Shown: piece after piece, positions 18,673-29,132 of the stretch
Layout of the letters: each line of letters begins with the position of its first letter
Numbering within the stretch: the first letter of the stretch is position 1
Origin: Flavobacteriaceae bacterium
GTDB lineage: Bacteria > Bacteroidota > Bacteroidia > Flavobacteriales > Flavobacteriaceae
Reading direction: 5' to 3'
NCBI GenBank assembly: GCA_015490835.1
Contig: WFXA01000222.1
Location: 1-60,670, forward strand
DNA: 60,670 nucleotides
Notes under the pieces: model-generated
Seen by the model: the letters and a program-made list of their open reading frames with translations, nothing else
The model's database searches: none
What the model was told of the DNA's origin: nothing
Translations under genes and position numbers: made by a program

Positions 18673-18993
18673 TCACCCTTTCCAGTATTGAGGTTTGGTT
18701 TCTTCAGAATGTTGATTCCAATAGTCTTGAGTTACTTTACGCCCGTCAAAAGTCTTTAATTTTCTTCCAAAAACCCAAATAGTAGGGTTAAAAACCATAT
18801 CGGTTACGGCAACGGTATAAAGTTGAAGCTCTTCTTCAGTCTTTCTTTTTTCTTCAACAATAATTACCTCAAAACCATTATGCTCTAATAATTTTTTTAA
18901 AAAGTTTTTTCGTTCTTCGGTTACGTTTTTCTCCACAAATGTGACGCGTTGATCACCAATGCTTCCAAATAAATGTTTACCTGCTAATCCCAT
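18673..18993 (-). CDS. Hypothetical 106-aa soluble protein, last gene of the kor-nuo cluster
   Basis: Same strand as nuoN and 49 bp downstream of it; no TM segment; no family recognised. Confidence 0.8.
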   Translation of the reverse strand: MGLAGKHLFGSIGDQRVTFVEKNVTEERKNFLKKLLEHNGFEVIIVEEKRKTEEELQLYTVAVTDMVFNPTIWVFGRKLKTFDGRKVTQDYWNQHSEETKPQYWKG

Positions 18994-19042
18994 AGCGCAT
19001 TAAATTACAAATTATAAATCACAAATCTTATTGGATGTTGTT

Positions 19043-20470
19043 CTACATCAAATTTTTACTTAACTCAAAAATATATTCATACAACGGACTATACAGTCCC
19101 AAGACTAAAATACTTAAAACAGTAAGCACAAGACCTATTTTCATATACAATTTACTGTTAAAATGAGGGATGGCATATTCGCTAGTTCTTAAAAACATCG
19201 CCCGCACCACCAGTAAATAATAATACAACGAGATGGTTACGTTTACTACAGCTAAGAAAACCAATAAATAATATCCTTTGCCGGCAGCCGCCGTAAAGAG
19301 AAAGAATTTACCAAAAAACCCGGCTACAGGAGGGATTCCTGCAAGTGAAAAGAGGGCTAACATCATAACCAAACTCAGTTTAGGGTTGGTGCGATAAAGA
19401 CCGTCATAGTCAGAGATATTTTCTTTTCCGGTTTGTAAGGAAATGGCTTGTACCACACCAAAAGCGGCTAAGTTTGAAAACACATAAATAAGCACAAAAT
19501 AAATTACCGTAGCTACTCCCAGTTGCTCTCCGTTGATAATTCCTAATAAAATAAAACCGGCTTGAGCGATAGATGAAAAAGCTAAGAAGCGTTTTAAATT
19601 ATTTTGCCTTAAAGCAAATAAATTCCCTATAAACATAGTAGTTAACGCTAAAATATATACCAAGTTTTCCCAAATATGCAATAACGGTCTTAAAACGGTA
19701 AAGAGTAAAATCATTAAAATAAAAACAGCCGCCCCTTTTGATATTACCGAGAGATAAGAAGCCACAGAAATAGGAGCTCCTTCATATACATCGGCAGTCC
19801 AAAAATGAAATGGAACCAATGAAATTTTAAATGCCAAACCAGAAAACACCACCACCATTCCCAAAATAGATAAATGGGATGAGGTTATTGTTTGCATAAT
19901 ATCATTAAAGTAGATAGAACCGCCGGCAATATAAAGTATGGAAATACCAAATAAGGCTACTCCAGACGCTAAGGCTGCTGAAAGAATTAGTTTTATTCCT
20001 GCTTCACTTGATTTTCTCTTAGCCGTTTCATAAGCGGCTAATGCAGCAACAGGAAGAGTAGAAAGTTCTAAACCTATAAAGAACATTAAAAAATCACCTG
20101 CAGAAACCATAAAATACATACCTAACAATGAGGAAAAGAGAAGGACAAAAAACTCAGTGCCCCGTTGATGTTCAACAATTTTTTCCTGAAGCCAATCTGC
20201 AGATTGGAGCAACAAGATAAAAACACCAATGTTTAAAACGCTCTTAAAGAAGTGTATGAGTCCGGTGGTGCGAAACATTCCTCCAAAAATACTTCCTTCT
20301 TCCATCAAGAATAATCCTACGGCTGTATGAATACCAAATAGAAAAACAGCAAAGTGAACTAGGTTGCCTTTTTTGTTTTTAGAAATAAATACCTCTACTA
20401 TTAATAATAACAGGATAATACTTAGAAGTAGTATTTCTTGACGCATTAATAAAAAACTGTTCCAATCCAT
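19043..20470 (-). CDS. nuoN: Complex I antiporter-like subunit N
   Basis: GLELS, EAGIK, FKISLVPFHFWTADVYEGAP, KRFLAFSSIAQAG, SLAGIPPVAGFFGKF. Confidence 0.95.
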   Translation of the reverse strand: MDWNSFLLMRQEILLLSIILLLLIVEVFISKNKKGNLVHFAVFLFGIHTAVGLFLMEEGSIFGGMFRTTGLIHFFKSVLNIGVFILLLQSADWLQEKIVEHQRGTEFFVLLFSSLLGMYFMVSAGDFLMFFIGLELSTLPVAALAAYETAKRKSSEAGIKLILSAALASGVALFGISILYIAGGSIYFNDIMQTITSSHLSILGMVVVFSGLAFKISLVPFHFWTADVYEGAPISVASYLSVISKGAAVFILMILLFTVLRPLLHIWENLVYILALTTMFIGNLFALRQNNLKRFLAFSSIAQAGFILLGIINGEQLGVATVIYFVLIYVFSNLAAFGVVQAISLQTGKENISDYDGLYRTNPKLSLVMMLALFSLAGIPPVAGFFGKFFLFTAAAGKGYYLLVFLAVVNVTISLYYYLLVVRAMFLRTSEYAIPHFNSKLYMKIGLVLTVLSILVLGLYSPLYEYIFELSKNLM

Positions 20471-20482
20471 TTTTTAATTTTT

Positions 20483-21970
20483 TTATATCAACCCTTTGAT
20501 AAACGGTTGTAAACTCTCTAATATCATATCGCTTAGCCATAAAGGAGCAACCCCCATTCCTATAATTGGAATAAGCAACAGCACGATTCCGGTTTTTTCA
20601 TACCAAGTTACTCGTTGAAGTGTTAGGTATTTTTTGTTTTTAACAGGACCCATCAGCATAATTCCCACTACTCGTAAAATATAAACAGCTGTCACAACAA
20701 TTACTGAAACAGAAATTACTGTGGCAATACGGTGAAAAAGATCTTCGTGTTGAAATGCTCCAACAAAAATATTCATTTCTGCAACAAACCCACTAAAACC
20801 GGGAAGACCCAATGAAGCCAATCCGACAATGACATACGTAGCCGAAATAACAGGAATTACTTTTAACAAGCCTCCTAATTCAGTGATGTCTCGAGTTCCG
20901 GTTCTTCCGTAAATCATACCAATTAATGCAAAGAAAAGAGCCGTCATCAATCCGTGTGATAACGATTGTAAAATAGCTCCGTTCCAAGCGGTTTTGTTCA
21001 GCATTAACAAAGCAAACAACACCAATCCTAAGTGACTTACCGAAGAATACGCATTGATGTATTTTAAATCTTTCTGCTTTATGGCACCAAAAGCACCATA
21101 AATAACTCCAATAGCAGCCAGAACAATAAAAAAGTTAGACCACGTTAATGCACCTTCGGGAAGTAGAAACATTGCAACTCTAAAGACACCATATCCTCCG
21201 AGCTTCATTAAAACCCCTGCGTGGAGCATAGAAACGGCTGTTGGTGCAGAAGCGTGACCGTCGGGAGACCACGTATGAAAGGGAAACAAGGCACTTAATA
21301 CGGCAAACCCTATAAACACCAATGGGAAGAAAAGTTTTTGAGCCTCAAAAGGAATGTTTACTTGTGCAATTTCTAAAATATTAAAAGTAAGCGCACCACC
21401 GTCTGTATTGGAGTTAAAATAAATACCCAAAATTCCTACCAATAACACAGCCGAAGCACCCATTAGCATTAGTGTTAATTTCATTGCCGAATATTCACGA
21501 GGACCGGTACCCCAAATTCCAATAAGAAGATACATTGGGATTACGGCTATTTCATAAAAAACAAACATCGTAAACAAATCTAATGAGATAAAGAAACCGT
21601 AAACTCCGATAGAAAGCACCAAGAGCGATATAAAAAACTCTTTGGGAAGTTCTTTCATTTTCCAAGATATGAACACACCAGCTAAAACAACGATGGAAGT
21701 AAGTAACAGTAAAGCTACTGAAATACCATCTACACCAACATTATAATGGATGTTAAAAGTTTTAAACCACACAGCATCTTTGGTAAAAACCATGATGTCT
21801 TGGTTGATTTCGCGTTCCCTAAAATAAGCAAAAACCAAATTTATAGCCATTCCTAACTGAACCAAACTACCTACCATAGAAATAATACGGGCTTGTTTTA
21901 AGCCTTTAATAAAAACCAACACCACTATAGTAATAATTGGGACAACGATAAAAAGCGTTAAAATATCCAT
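20483..21970 (-). CDS. nuoM: Complex I antiporter-like subunit M
   Basis: GVDGIS, FYEIAVIPMY, PFHTWSPDGHASAPT, MKLGGYG, AYSSVSHLG, GLPGFSGFVAE. Confidence 0.95.
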   Translation of the reverse strand: MDILTLFIVVPIITIVVLVFIKGLKQARIISMVGSLVQLGMAINLVFAYFREREINQDIMVFTKDAVWFKTFNIHYNVGVDGISVALLLLTSIVVLAGVFISWKMKELPKEFFISLLVLSIGVYGFFISLDLFTMFVFYEIAVIPMYLLIGIWGTGPREYSAMKLTLMLMGASAVLLVGILGIYFNSNTDGGALTFNILEIAQVNIPFEAQKLFFPLVFIGFAVLSALFPFHTWSPDGHASAPTAVSMLHAGVLMKLGGYGVFRVAMFLLPEGALTWSNFFIVLAAIGVIYGAFGAIKQKDLKYINAYSSVSHLGLVLFALLMLNKTAWNGAILQSLSHGLMTALFFALIGMIYGRTGTRDITELGGLLKVIPVISATYVIVGLASLGLPGFSGFVAEMNIFVGAFQHEDLFHRIATVISVSVIVVTAVYILRVVGIMLMGPVKNKKYLTLQRVTWYEKTGIVLLLIPIIGMGVAPLWLSDMILESLQPFIKGLI

Positions 21971-22019
21971 ACGTTATTTGTTTTTATTATAACCCGAAAA
22001 CATTGGGGAATATATGTCA

Positions 22020-23939
22020 TTATTCTGTCCAGAAATAAATAAAAATCATCACCAATACCACGACACCACCTACAAATGCTAGTGCATAATCTTGTAATTT
22101 ACCAGATTGTATTCCTTTTATTTTTTCCGAGGTAAATACGGTTTTATTTCCTATTTGATTCATCGTGCCATCTACTACTTTTTTATCAAAAAGAGCTACC
22201 GAAGCTGCCACACCGTTAAACAATATTTTTTTGGTAATAAAAAGGTATATTTCATCAAAATAGAATTTGTGATATGCCCATTTGTAAAACACACCAAATC
22301 GTTTTGCATAGGTGTCGGCAAGATTGTTTTCTTTCTTATAAAAAACCCAAGCTAGGACAATTCCAATTATTCCTACAGTAACAGCAATTGCCGCTAACGG
22401 ATAATTTAAATGAGCTTCAAAACCTTTTCCATCAGGAGTTACAAATTCACTGAACGGAATAAATCCTACGACCACACTTAACACACCTAAAATCATTAAC
22501 GGAACAGTCATAGACGCGGGTGATTCGTGGGGTGGATGGTCGTATTGCTTCTCTTTACCCCAAAAGATTCCGAAGTAAATTCTAAACATATAAAATGCAG
22601 TAAGCCCGGCTACAAAAACGCCTATGTAATATAGCAGTTGATTGTTTTCAAAGGCAGCAACTAATATTTCGTCTTTACTCCAAAAACCTGCGAAAGGAGG
22701 GATTCCTGCTATAGCCAAAGCAGCAATAAGGAAAGTAATATTTGTAATGGGGAGGTTTTTTCGCAATCCACCCATATCTTTTAAATAGTTGCTGTGAACG
22801 GCATGGATAACAGATCCTGCACCCAAGAACAACAAGGCTTTGAACATGGCGTGTGTAAACAAATGGAACATTGAAGCCATATAACCCACTCCTTCAAGTC
22901 CGTCATAACCGGAAACACCCAAAGCCATCATCATATAGCCCAGCTGTGACATGGTAGAGAATGCTAATACGCGTTTAATATCAGTTTGTGTAATGGCAAT
23001 TACTGCTGCAAACAGGGACGAAATCCCTCCCACATAAGCCACAATTGATAATGCAAAACCTTCTTCTACAAAATAAAACATAGGGAATAACCGAGCCACC
23101 AAATACACTCCGGCAACCACCATAGTAGCTGCATGAATTAATGCCGAAACAGGTGTAGGACCTTCCATGGCATCGGGTAGCCAAATATGAAAAGGCATCA
23201 TAGCAGATTTTCCGGCACCTCCCACAAAGATTAAGAGCAGCCCCCACGTGATGACAGAAAGACCCATAAACGAAGTAGATGCCCAATTTAAAATAGAACT
23301 TCCTTCGGGATTATTTAGCGTTTCAAAATCAAATGTTCCGGTGTAATACCCCATAATTAATATCCCGATTAAAAAGCCTAAATCGGCAAAACGGGTAACA
23401 ATAAATGCTTTTTTGGCAGCAGCAATAGCTGATGGTTTGGTGTAGTAATATCCTATTAATAAGAAAGAAGAAACACCCACAAGCTCCCAAAAAATATAAA
23501 TTTGAAATAGATTAGTAGAAAGCACCAGCCCAAACATAGAAAAGGTAAACAAACTTAAAAAAGCAAAAAACTTAGTATAACCACCATCTCCTTTCATATA
23601 TCCTCGGCTATAAATATGCACCATTAATGATATCGTTGAAACCACAACCAACATCATTACCGAGATTGCATCAATGTACAAACCCATATCAATAGATAGA
23701 GTGTCTGTAAAATTCATCCATACATGACGGTCAATAATAGGTTTATAAACACCATTTACTTTACCGGGGACAAAGAAGTATTGATAAGCGGTGTAGTAGG
23801 AGAGAACAGTCGAAACCAACAAACCAAACACACCAATATAACCGGAAACAGACGGTTTGATTCGTTTGTAATTTAATCCAAGCAGTAGAAAAACTGCTAA
23901 TGGAATGAATGGGATTAAGTAAATATAACGAATGTCCAT
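22020..23939 (-). CDS. nuoL: Complex I antiporter-like subunit L
   Basis: FWELVG, AFIVTRFAD, GKSA.MPFHIWLPDAMEGPTPVSALIHAATMV, THAMFKALLF, FWSKDEIL. Confidence 0.96.
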   Translation of the reverse strand: MDIRYIYLIPFIPLAVFLLLGLNYKRIKPSVSGYIGVFGLLVSTVLSYYTAYQYFFVPGKVNGVYKPIIDRHVWMNFTDTLSIDMGLYIDAISVMMLVVVSTISLMVHIYSRGYMKGDGGYTKFFAFLSLFTFSMFGLVLSTNLFQIYIFWELVGVSSFLLIGYYYTKPSAIAAAKKAFIVTRFADLGFLIGILIMGYYTGTFDFETLNNPEGSSILNWASTSFMGLSVITWGLLLIFVGGAGKSAMMPFHIWLPDAMEGPTPVSALIHAATMVVAGVYLVARLFPMFYFVEEGFALSIVAYVGGISSLFAAVIAITQTDIKRVLAFSTMSQLGYMMMALGVSGYDGLEGVGYMASMFHLFTHAMFKALLFLGAGSVIHAVHSNYLKDMGGLRKNLPITNITFLIAALAIAGIPPFAGFWSKDEILVAAFENNQLLYYIGVFVAGLTAFYMFRIYFGIFWGKEKQYDHPPHESPASMTVPLMILGVLSVVVGFIPFSEFVTPDGKGFEAHLNYPLAAIAVTVGIIGIVLAWVFYKKENNLADTYAKRFGVFYKWAYHKFYFDEIYLFITKKILFNGVAASVALFDKKVVDGTMNQIGNKTVFTSEKIKGIQSGKLQDYALAFVGGVVVLVMIFIYFWTE

Positions 23940-23953
23940 TTGTATATTATTTA

Positions 23954-24271
23954 TTAATATTTCATTGTTTCAGTTGCATCTACCTCTACAGAGCCTATTT
24001 GTCTGTATAGGTTTATTATTATAGCTATAGCTAAAGCAGTTTCGGCAGCAGCTACAGCAATGATAAAAATTGAAAAAATTACTCCCTGTAATGCATCGGG
24101 ATATAAGTATTTATTGATAATTACAAAATTTACTACCGAAGCATTCATAATTAATTCAACCGAAATTAATATCGAAATAAGATTCTTTCGGGTAATAAAG
24201 CCATACACACCAATAAAAAACAAAAGGGTTGTTAGGGTTAATATTTCATAAATACTTATTCCGGCAATCAT
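23954..24271 (-). CDS. nuoK: Complex I subunit K
   Basis: RKNLI...SVELI and AVAAAETA motifs; three TM helices. Confidence 0.95.
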   Translation of the reverse strand: MIAGISIYEILTLTTLLFFIGVYGFITRKNLISILISVELIMNASVVNFVIINKYLYPDALQGVIFSIFIIAVAAAETALAIAIIINLYRQIGSVEVDATETMKY

Positions 24272-24284
24272 AATTTATTATTTT

Positions 24285-24785
24285 TTATGTTTTCTTTCCT
24301 TTTGCAATTACAATAGCTCCTATCATTGCAGCTAATAACAACACCGAAATCACCTCAAACGGCAATACAAATCCTCCGTCCCCATAGCTCAATAGTTTTT
24401 CTCCAATATCGGCTGTTGAGGTTGTTTTATAATTTTCAACAACCGGAAAATCATAGGTATAAATAACTTGCAAAAACACCCCTATTCCTATAGCCGAAAC
24501 AATTGCGGCAACTATTCGTTTGTAGGTTTTAGCCAAGGTTAATTCCAATTCGATATGATGCACTAATAACACTGAAAATATCATTAAAACAATTACACCG
24601 CCTCCATAAACCGTAAGTTGAATGGCGGCTAAAAAATTGTAATCTATTAAAAAGAAAATACCGGCTATACCAACTAGTACAAACAATAAGTAAATTACAG
24701 ACCGCATCATTTTACGACTGTTTACAGCTGCAATAGCAAAAGCAATCATACTAAAAGCAAGGGTGTAAAAAATATATTTTTCCAT
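24285..24785 (-). CDS. nuoJ: Complex I subunit J
   Basis: FLAAIQLTVYGGGVIVL and LPFEVISVLLLAAMIGAI motifs. Confidence 0.95.
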   Translation of the reverse strand: MEKYIFYTLAFSMIAFAIAAVNSRKMMRSVIYLLFVLVGIAGIFFLIDYNFLAAIQLTVYGGGVIVLMIFSVLLVHHIELELTLAKTYKRIVAAIVSAIGIGVFLQVIYTYDFPVVENYKTTSTADIGEKLLSYGDGGFVLPFEVISVLLLAAMIGAIVIAKGKKT

Positions 24786-24789
24786 AATA

Positions 24790-25266
24790 TTATTCTTCTA
24801 CTCCGTCCATTAATTTGGATCCGGGTTGGTTTAGCACTTTTGTTAAATAAGACCTGTCATATACAGCGTTTTCATAATTTTGAGCCCATACAATAGCATC
24901 GGTCGGGCAGGCTTCAATACAAAGTCCACACATAGTACAAAGCCCTAAATGATAAATATGTTTGTCAATTTGTTTTTTCTTTTTTCCGGTTTCGGGGTTT
25001 ACTTTTCTGTCCCAGATAATTTCAATGCTTCCGTTAGGGCAAGCAATTTCACATTTTTGACATCCCGTACATCGATGTTCGTTATTTTCGTTATGGGGCA
25101 TCACTACTTCTCCTCTAAATCGTTCAAACATTTTTAGGGTTTCTCGATTGTCGGGGTATTGTTGGGTAATTGCTCCTTTTCTTGAATGTAAAAAAACCTT
25201 ACCGGTTACACTCATTCCGGTGAGCAATGTTTTTATTCCGTTGAATATGTTTGAAAAGTATCCCAT
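24790..25266 (-). CDS. nuoI: Complex I subunit I (2x[4Fe-4S])
   Basis: TQQYP, RFRG, CTGCQKCEIACP and CTMCGLCIEACP. Start moved to ATG 25266 (MGYFSN), just after the nuoH stop. Confidence 0.93.
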   Translation of the reverse strand: MGYFSNIFNGIKTLLTGMSVTGKVFLHSRKGAITQQYPDNRETLKMFERFRGEVVMPHNENNEHRCTGCQKCEIACPNGSIEIIWDRKVNPETGKKKKQIDKHIYHLGLCTMCGLCIEACPTDAIVWAQNYENAVYDRSYLTKVLNQPGSKLMDGVEE

Positions 25267-25271
25267 ATTTT

Positions 25272-26318
25272 TTATAACTGAATTGTAAGATTTAACCAAA
25301 CAATTAATGCCATTAATACAATATTTACTAAATTAATAGGAAGCAGGTATTTCCATTCTAACGTTAATAATTGATCTACGCGTAATCGCGGAAACGTCCA
25401 CCTAAACCACATCATTAATAAGACCAACAGCAAGGTTTTTCCTAAAAACCAAAAGACGCCCAACCAAGGGATGGATTCGGTTATCCCGAAGGGGGAAAGC
25501 CAAGCACCAAAAAAGACGGTTGTAGCAATGGCAGAGATGATGAACATATTAATAAACTCGGCTAGGAAAAAGTAAGCGAATTTCATTCCTGAATATTCAG
25601 TATGAAAACCGGCGCCCAATTCAGATTCAGCTTCTACCATATCAAACGGAGCTCTGTTTGTTTCGGCAGTTCCGGCAATCATATAAATCATAAAAGCAAT
25701 GATAGCGGGAATGTGTCCTTGAACGATAAGCCAGCCGTTTTTTTGTACTTCAACTATTTCAGATAGCTGAAGCGAACTGGTTAACAAGATCATGGTGAGT
25801 AATGATAGTCCAACAGAGAGTTCATAGCTTATGGTTTGAACACCGCTACGCATAGCACCAATGAGAGAAAATTTATTATTACTGCTCCATCCGCCTAACA
25901 AAATACCGATTACACCAATGGATGAGATGGCGATTAAAAAGAAGATACCAATATTTATATCAAAGGCTTGTAACTCTTGGGTAAACGGAAAAACAGACAA
26001 AGCCATTAATGCCGATATAATCACAAAATAGGGAGCTAAGTTGTAAAGAAATTTATCGGCTCTATCTGTACCGGTTAATTCTTTTGAAACCAATTTTAAG
26101 GCATCTGCCATAGTTTGTAAAAGCCCTTGAAATCCCACACGATTAGGACCAATACGTAATTGAAACCAAGCGGCAACACGCCTTTCCAACAGCACTAAAT
26201 ACAATCCGGCAACAGCAAAAATGGCAAGATATACCAAAGCAATTAAAACCATTTCGGTAATGCTTGTCGCTGTTTCAGACATAAAACTCAACAGCCACTG
26301 ATGAATGCTTTTTGTCAT
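25272..26318 (-). CDS. nuoH: Complex I subunit H
   Basis: LERRV..WFQLRIGPNRVG, ETNRAPFDMVEAESEL..GFHTEYSG, PRLRVDQL. Confidence 0.96.
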   Translation of the reverse strand: MTKSIHQWLLSFMSETATSITEMVLIALVYLAIFAVAGLYLVLLERRVAAWFQLRIGPNRVGFQGLLQTMADALKLVSKELTGTDRADKFLYNLAPYFVIISALMALSVFPFTQELQAFDINIGIFFLIAISSIGVIGILLGGWSSNNKFSLIGAMRSGVQTISYELSVGLSLLTMILLTSSLQLSEIVEVQKNGWLIVQGHIPAIIAFMIYMIAGTAETNRAPFDMVEAESELGAGFHTEYSGMKFAYFFLAEFINMFIISAIATTVFFGAWLSPFGITESIPWLGVFWFLGKTLLLVLLMMWFRWTFPRLRVDQLLTLEWKYLLPINLVNIVLMALIVWLNLTIQL

Positions 26319-26402
26319 ATTAGTTTATTTGTATATTAGTTAATCAGTTAATTAGACTTTTTATTCTATTGTTTTTTATATTATACTCTTCTTGCCTTAA
26401 AT

Positions 26403-27545
26403 CTATCTGTCAATATCCGGCACAACAATATCCAGTGTTGCCATAGTTGCCACTAAATCTCCTATTTTTCCTCCAACAGCAATGTGATTTAATAGCGAAA
26501 TATTTGAAAACCCAGGGGATCTAAATTTTACTCGATACGGGTTTTTTGTTCCCGTACTTACTATATAAACCCCTAATTCTCCTCTAGCGGTTTCTACTTT
26601 TTGATAATATTCTCCTTTAGGTAGTTTTATTACTGTGTTAGTCGCCACTTTGTAATCGCCTTCGGGAATATTATCTATAAGCTGCTCAATAATAGAAAGT
26701 GACTCCCACATTTCTTGAATTCGTACTTGGTATCTCGCCAAGGAGTCGCCCTCGGTTTTAAGTGCTTCATTAAAGGTTACTTTATCTAATGCACTGTAAG
26801 GATGATGCTTTCTTACATCACATGAATATCCCGAACCCCGTGCAACCGGTCCCGATGCGCCAAACGAAATAGCATCTTCTTTGCTTAATATCCCAACTCC
26901 TTTCATTCTCTTCTGAAAAATAATATTTCCGGTTAACAAGCGGTCATATTCAGGAATTTTGGTTTTAAAATGAGCAACAAACTCTTTGGTTCTTTTTACA
27001 AAGTTGGGATGAATATCCCACATTAAACCTCCCGGAATATTATAATTCATCGTAAGCCTTGCTCCACACGTTTCTTCAAAAATATCATTAATCATCTCTC
27101 GATCTCTAAATCCGTAAAAATAAGTGGTAAGTGCTCCTACATCCATTCCCATTACACCCCACCAAAGACAGTGGGATGCGATTCTTGTTAGTTCACCAAT
27201 GATGGTTCTAATTACTTTTACGCGATCAGGAACTTCTAATTGAAGTGCTTTTTCTACAGTTAAACAAACCGCCTCATTGTTAATATGGGAAGAAAGGTAG
27301 TCCATCCGGTCTGTGAGATGAACTATTTGTTGATAGCTGTTTCTTTCACACATTTTTTCAATAGAACGATGAATGTATCCCAAATCCGGCTCTACTTTTT
27401 TTATAATTTCGCCGTCAATGGTTAATAAAAGACGCAATACTCCGTGGGTAGCCGGGTGTTGAGGACCCATATTAACAAAGTATTCTTCAGATTTGAAGTT
27501 GATATTGGTGGCTGTTGGTGCTATTTTTTCGGCTTCCGTCTTCAT
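26403..27545 (-). CDS. nuoD: Complex I subunit D (quinone-binding)
   Basis: NMGPQHPATHGVLRL, GYIHRSIEK, DRMDY, ETARGELG, C-terminal DIDR; no Ni-binding CxxC pairs. Confidence 0.95.
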   Translation of the reverse strand: MKTEAEKIAPTATNINFKSEEYFVNMGPQHPATHGVLRLLLTIDGEIIKKVEPDLGYIHRSIEKMCERNSYQQIVHLTDRMDYLSSHINNEAVCLTVEKALQLEVPDRVKVIRTIIGELTRIASHCLWWGVMGMDVGALTTYFYGFRDREMINDIFEETCGARLTMNYNIPGGLMWDIHPNFVKRTKEFVAHFKTKIPEYDRLLTGNIIFQKRMKGVGILSKEDAISFGASGPVARGSGYSCDVRKHHPYSALDKVTFNEALKTEGDSLARYQVRIQEMWESLSIIEQLIDNIPEGDYKVATNTVIKLPKGEYYQKVETARGELGVYIVSTGTKNPYRVKFRSPGFSNISLLNHIAVGGKIGDLVATMATLDIVVPDIDR

Positions 27546-27573
27546 TGTTTTGTTATCTACATATAGTCGTTTG

Positions 27574-28149
27574 TTATTTTATTACCATATTTACTTCGTC
27601 AACATAATCTTTTCTTAGCGGGTATCCTTCCCATTCTTCTGTAAGAAATAAATATTTTAAATTGGGGTGATTATTAAATTTTATTCCGAAGAAATCAAAT
27701 ACTTCACGTTCGTGAAATTCAGCAGTTTTCCAGATATCACATACTGAGTCAAACACAGGATTTTCCCTGTCTTCTGTATTCACTTTAACTACTAGTTGAT
27801 GTCTGTAAACAGTAGATTCTAAGTGATAAACGACTCCTAATTCTTTTCCCCAATCCATTCCTGTTAGACAGTATAAATAATCAAATTGGGTTTTGGGATT
27901 GTTTTTTAGTTGTTTCATTAACGAATGAAGGTGCTCCGGTTTTACCAAAATGGTAAGGAATTCGGAATCCTCTTCGGTAAAAGATAATAAACTTGGATTG
28001 ATACCTTCTTTTGCAGTTATTTTTTCTACATTCTTTTCTGTTGAAAGATCTGAAGACTCTTGGTTTTCCTCAACAACTACAGAAGCGATGGTAACTTCCG
28101 GATTGGGAAACCAACTACCTATTAACTCTTGTAATTCGTTGTTGTTCAT
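27574..28149 (-). CDS. nuoC: Complex I subunit C
   Basis: LTGMDW, VVYHL, AEFHEREVFDFFGIKFNNHP, GYPLRKDY; not fused to D. Confidence 0.95.
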   Translation of the reverse strand: MNNNELQELIGSWFPNPEVTIASVVVEENQESSDLSTEKNVEKITAKEGINPSLLSFTEEDSEFLTILVKPEHLHSLMKQLKNNPKTQFDYLYCLTGMDWGKELGVVYHLESTVYRHQLVVKVNTEDRENPVFDSVCDIWKTAEFHEREVFDFFGIKFNNHPNLKYLFLTEEWEGYPLRKDYVDEVNMVIK

Positions 28150-28181
28150 AATTTAATTTTTCTTTTGTTTTCAGGTTTCTG

Positions 28182-28778
28182 TTATTTCCCTTCATCAAAA
28201 CCGTCAATAGGGTTCTTTTTATGTTTCATGTTTTCGGTTCGAATCTTTTCTTGAAGCATAAGCATTCCTTCCAGTAATGATTCCGGTCTTGGAGGACAGC
28301 CGGGCACATATACATCAACAGGAATTACGTGGTCTGCTCCTTTTACTACCGAATACGAATTGTAAAAGAAAGGACCTCCCGAAATTGCACAGGCTCCCAT
28401 GGCAATAACATATTTGGGTTCTGCCATTTGATCGTATAATCGCCGTAAAACAGGAGCCATTTTGTTTACGATGGTTCCGGCAATAATAATAAGATCTGCT
28501 TGTCTGGGAGACGGTCGAGCCACTTCAAATCCAAATCGAGAATAATCATGTCGTGACGCTCCTGTTTGCATCATTTCTATAGCACAACAACTAGTGCCAA
28601 AATAAAGTGACCAAAGTGAATTGGAACGCCCCCAGTTTATCACTTTGTCTAAGCTTGTTACAACGATGTTAGCTCCGTTTCCGGCAGGTAATACTTTTCC
28701 CGGAAAGTCATCTGGAACCGGTTGCTGAAACCCTTCGGGTTTTACTTGTGTAATAAAACTTTTTTTATTTATTCCCAT
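28182..28778 (-). CDS. nuoB: Complex I subunit B (cluster N2)
   Basis: [33 protein letters not shown]. Start likely ATG 28778, overlapping the nuoA end. Confidence 0.95.
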   Translation of the reverse strand: MGINKKSFITQVKPEGFQQPVPDDFPGKVLPAGNGANIVVTSLDKVINWGRSNSLWSLYFGTSCCAIEMMQTGASRHDYSRFGFEVARPSPRQADLIIIAGTIVNKMAPVLRRLYDQMAEPKYVIAMGACAISGGPFFYNSYSVVKGADHVIPVDVYVPGCPPRPESLLEGMLMLQEKIRTENMKHKKNPIDGFDEGK

Positions 28779-29119
28779 TTTAATGCTCCTTTTTTCCAAG
28801 CGTATAATAATCCTAAGCCTAAGATAAACAGAAAGATTATAATTTCTATAAAGGCAATACTCCCCACATCCTTAAACACAACTGCCCAAGGCACTAAAAA
28901 AGCAACTTCTATATCAAAGATTAAAAATAAAATAGCAAATAAATAATATCCTACCTTAAACTGAACCCATGTAGGGCCAATGGTTTTCATTCCGCTTTCA
29001 TACGGTTCACGCTTTTGCGGATTATCCGATTTATGAGAGATTAAACCGGATAAAAAATTAGCACCGGCAACCAGTACAATACCGGCAATTAAAAATACAA
29101 TGATAGCTTCTGATCCCAT
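28769..29119 (-). CDS. nuoA: Complex I subunit A
   Basis: [30 protein letters not shown]. Confidence 0.95.
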   Translation of the reverse strand: MGSEAIIVFLIAGIVLVAGANFLSGLISHKSDNPQKREPYESGMKTIGPTWVQFKVGYYLFAILFLIFDIEVAFLVPWAVVFKDVGSIAFIEIIIFLFILGLGLLYAWKKGALKWE

Positions 29120-29132
29120 TCCTTAAAATTAA

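Noticed and set aside
26403-28778. Possibility that the nuoEFG-less cluster is a group 4 [NiFe]-hydrogenase
   Set aside because: NuoD lacks both Ni-binding CxxC motifs and keeps the quinone-site His and Tyr motifs (HPATHG, DRMDY); NuoB has the tandem CC of complex I; nuoA and nuoJ are present.
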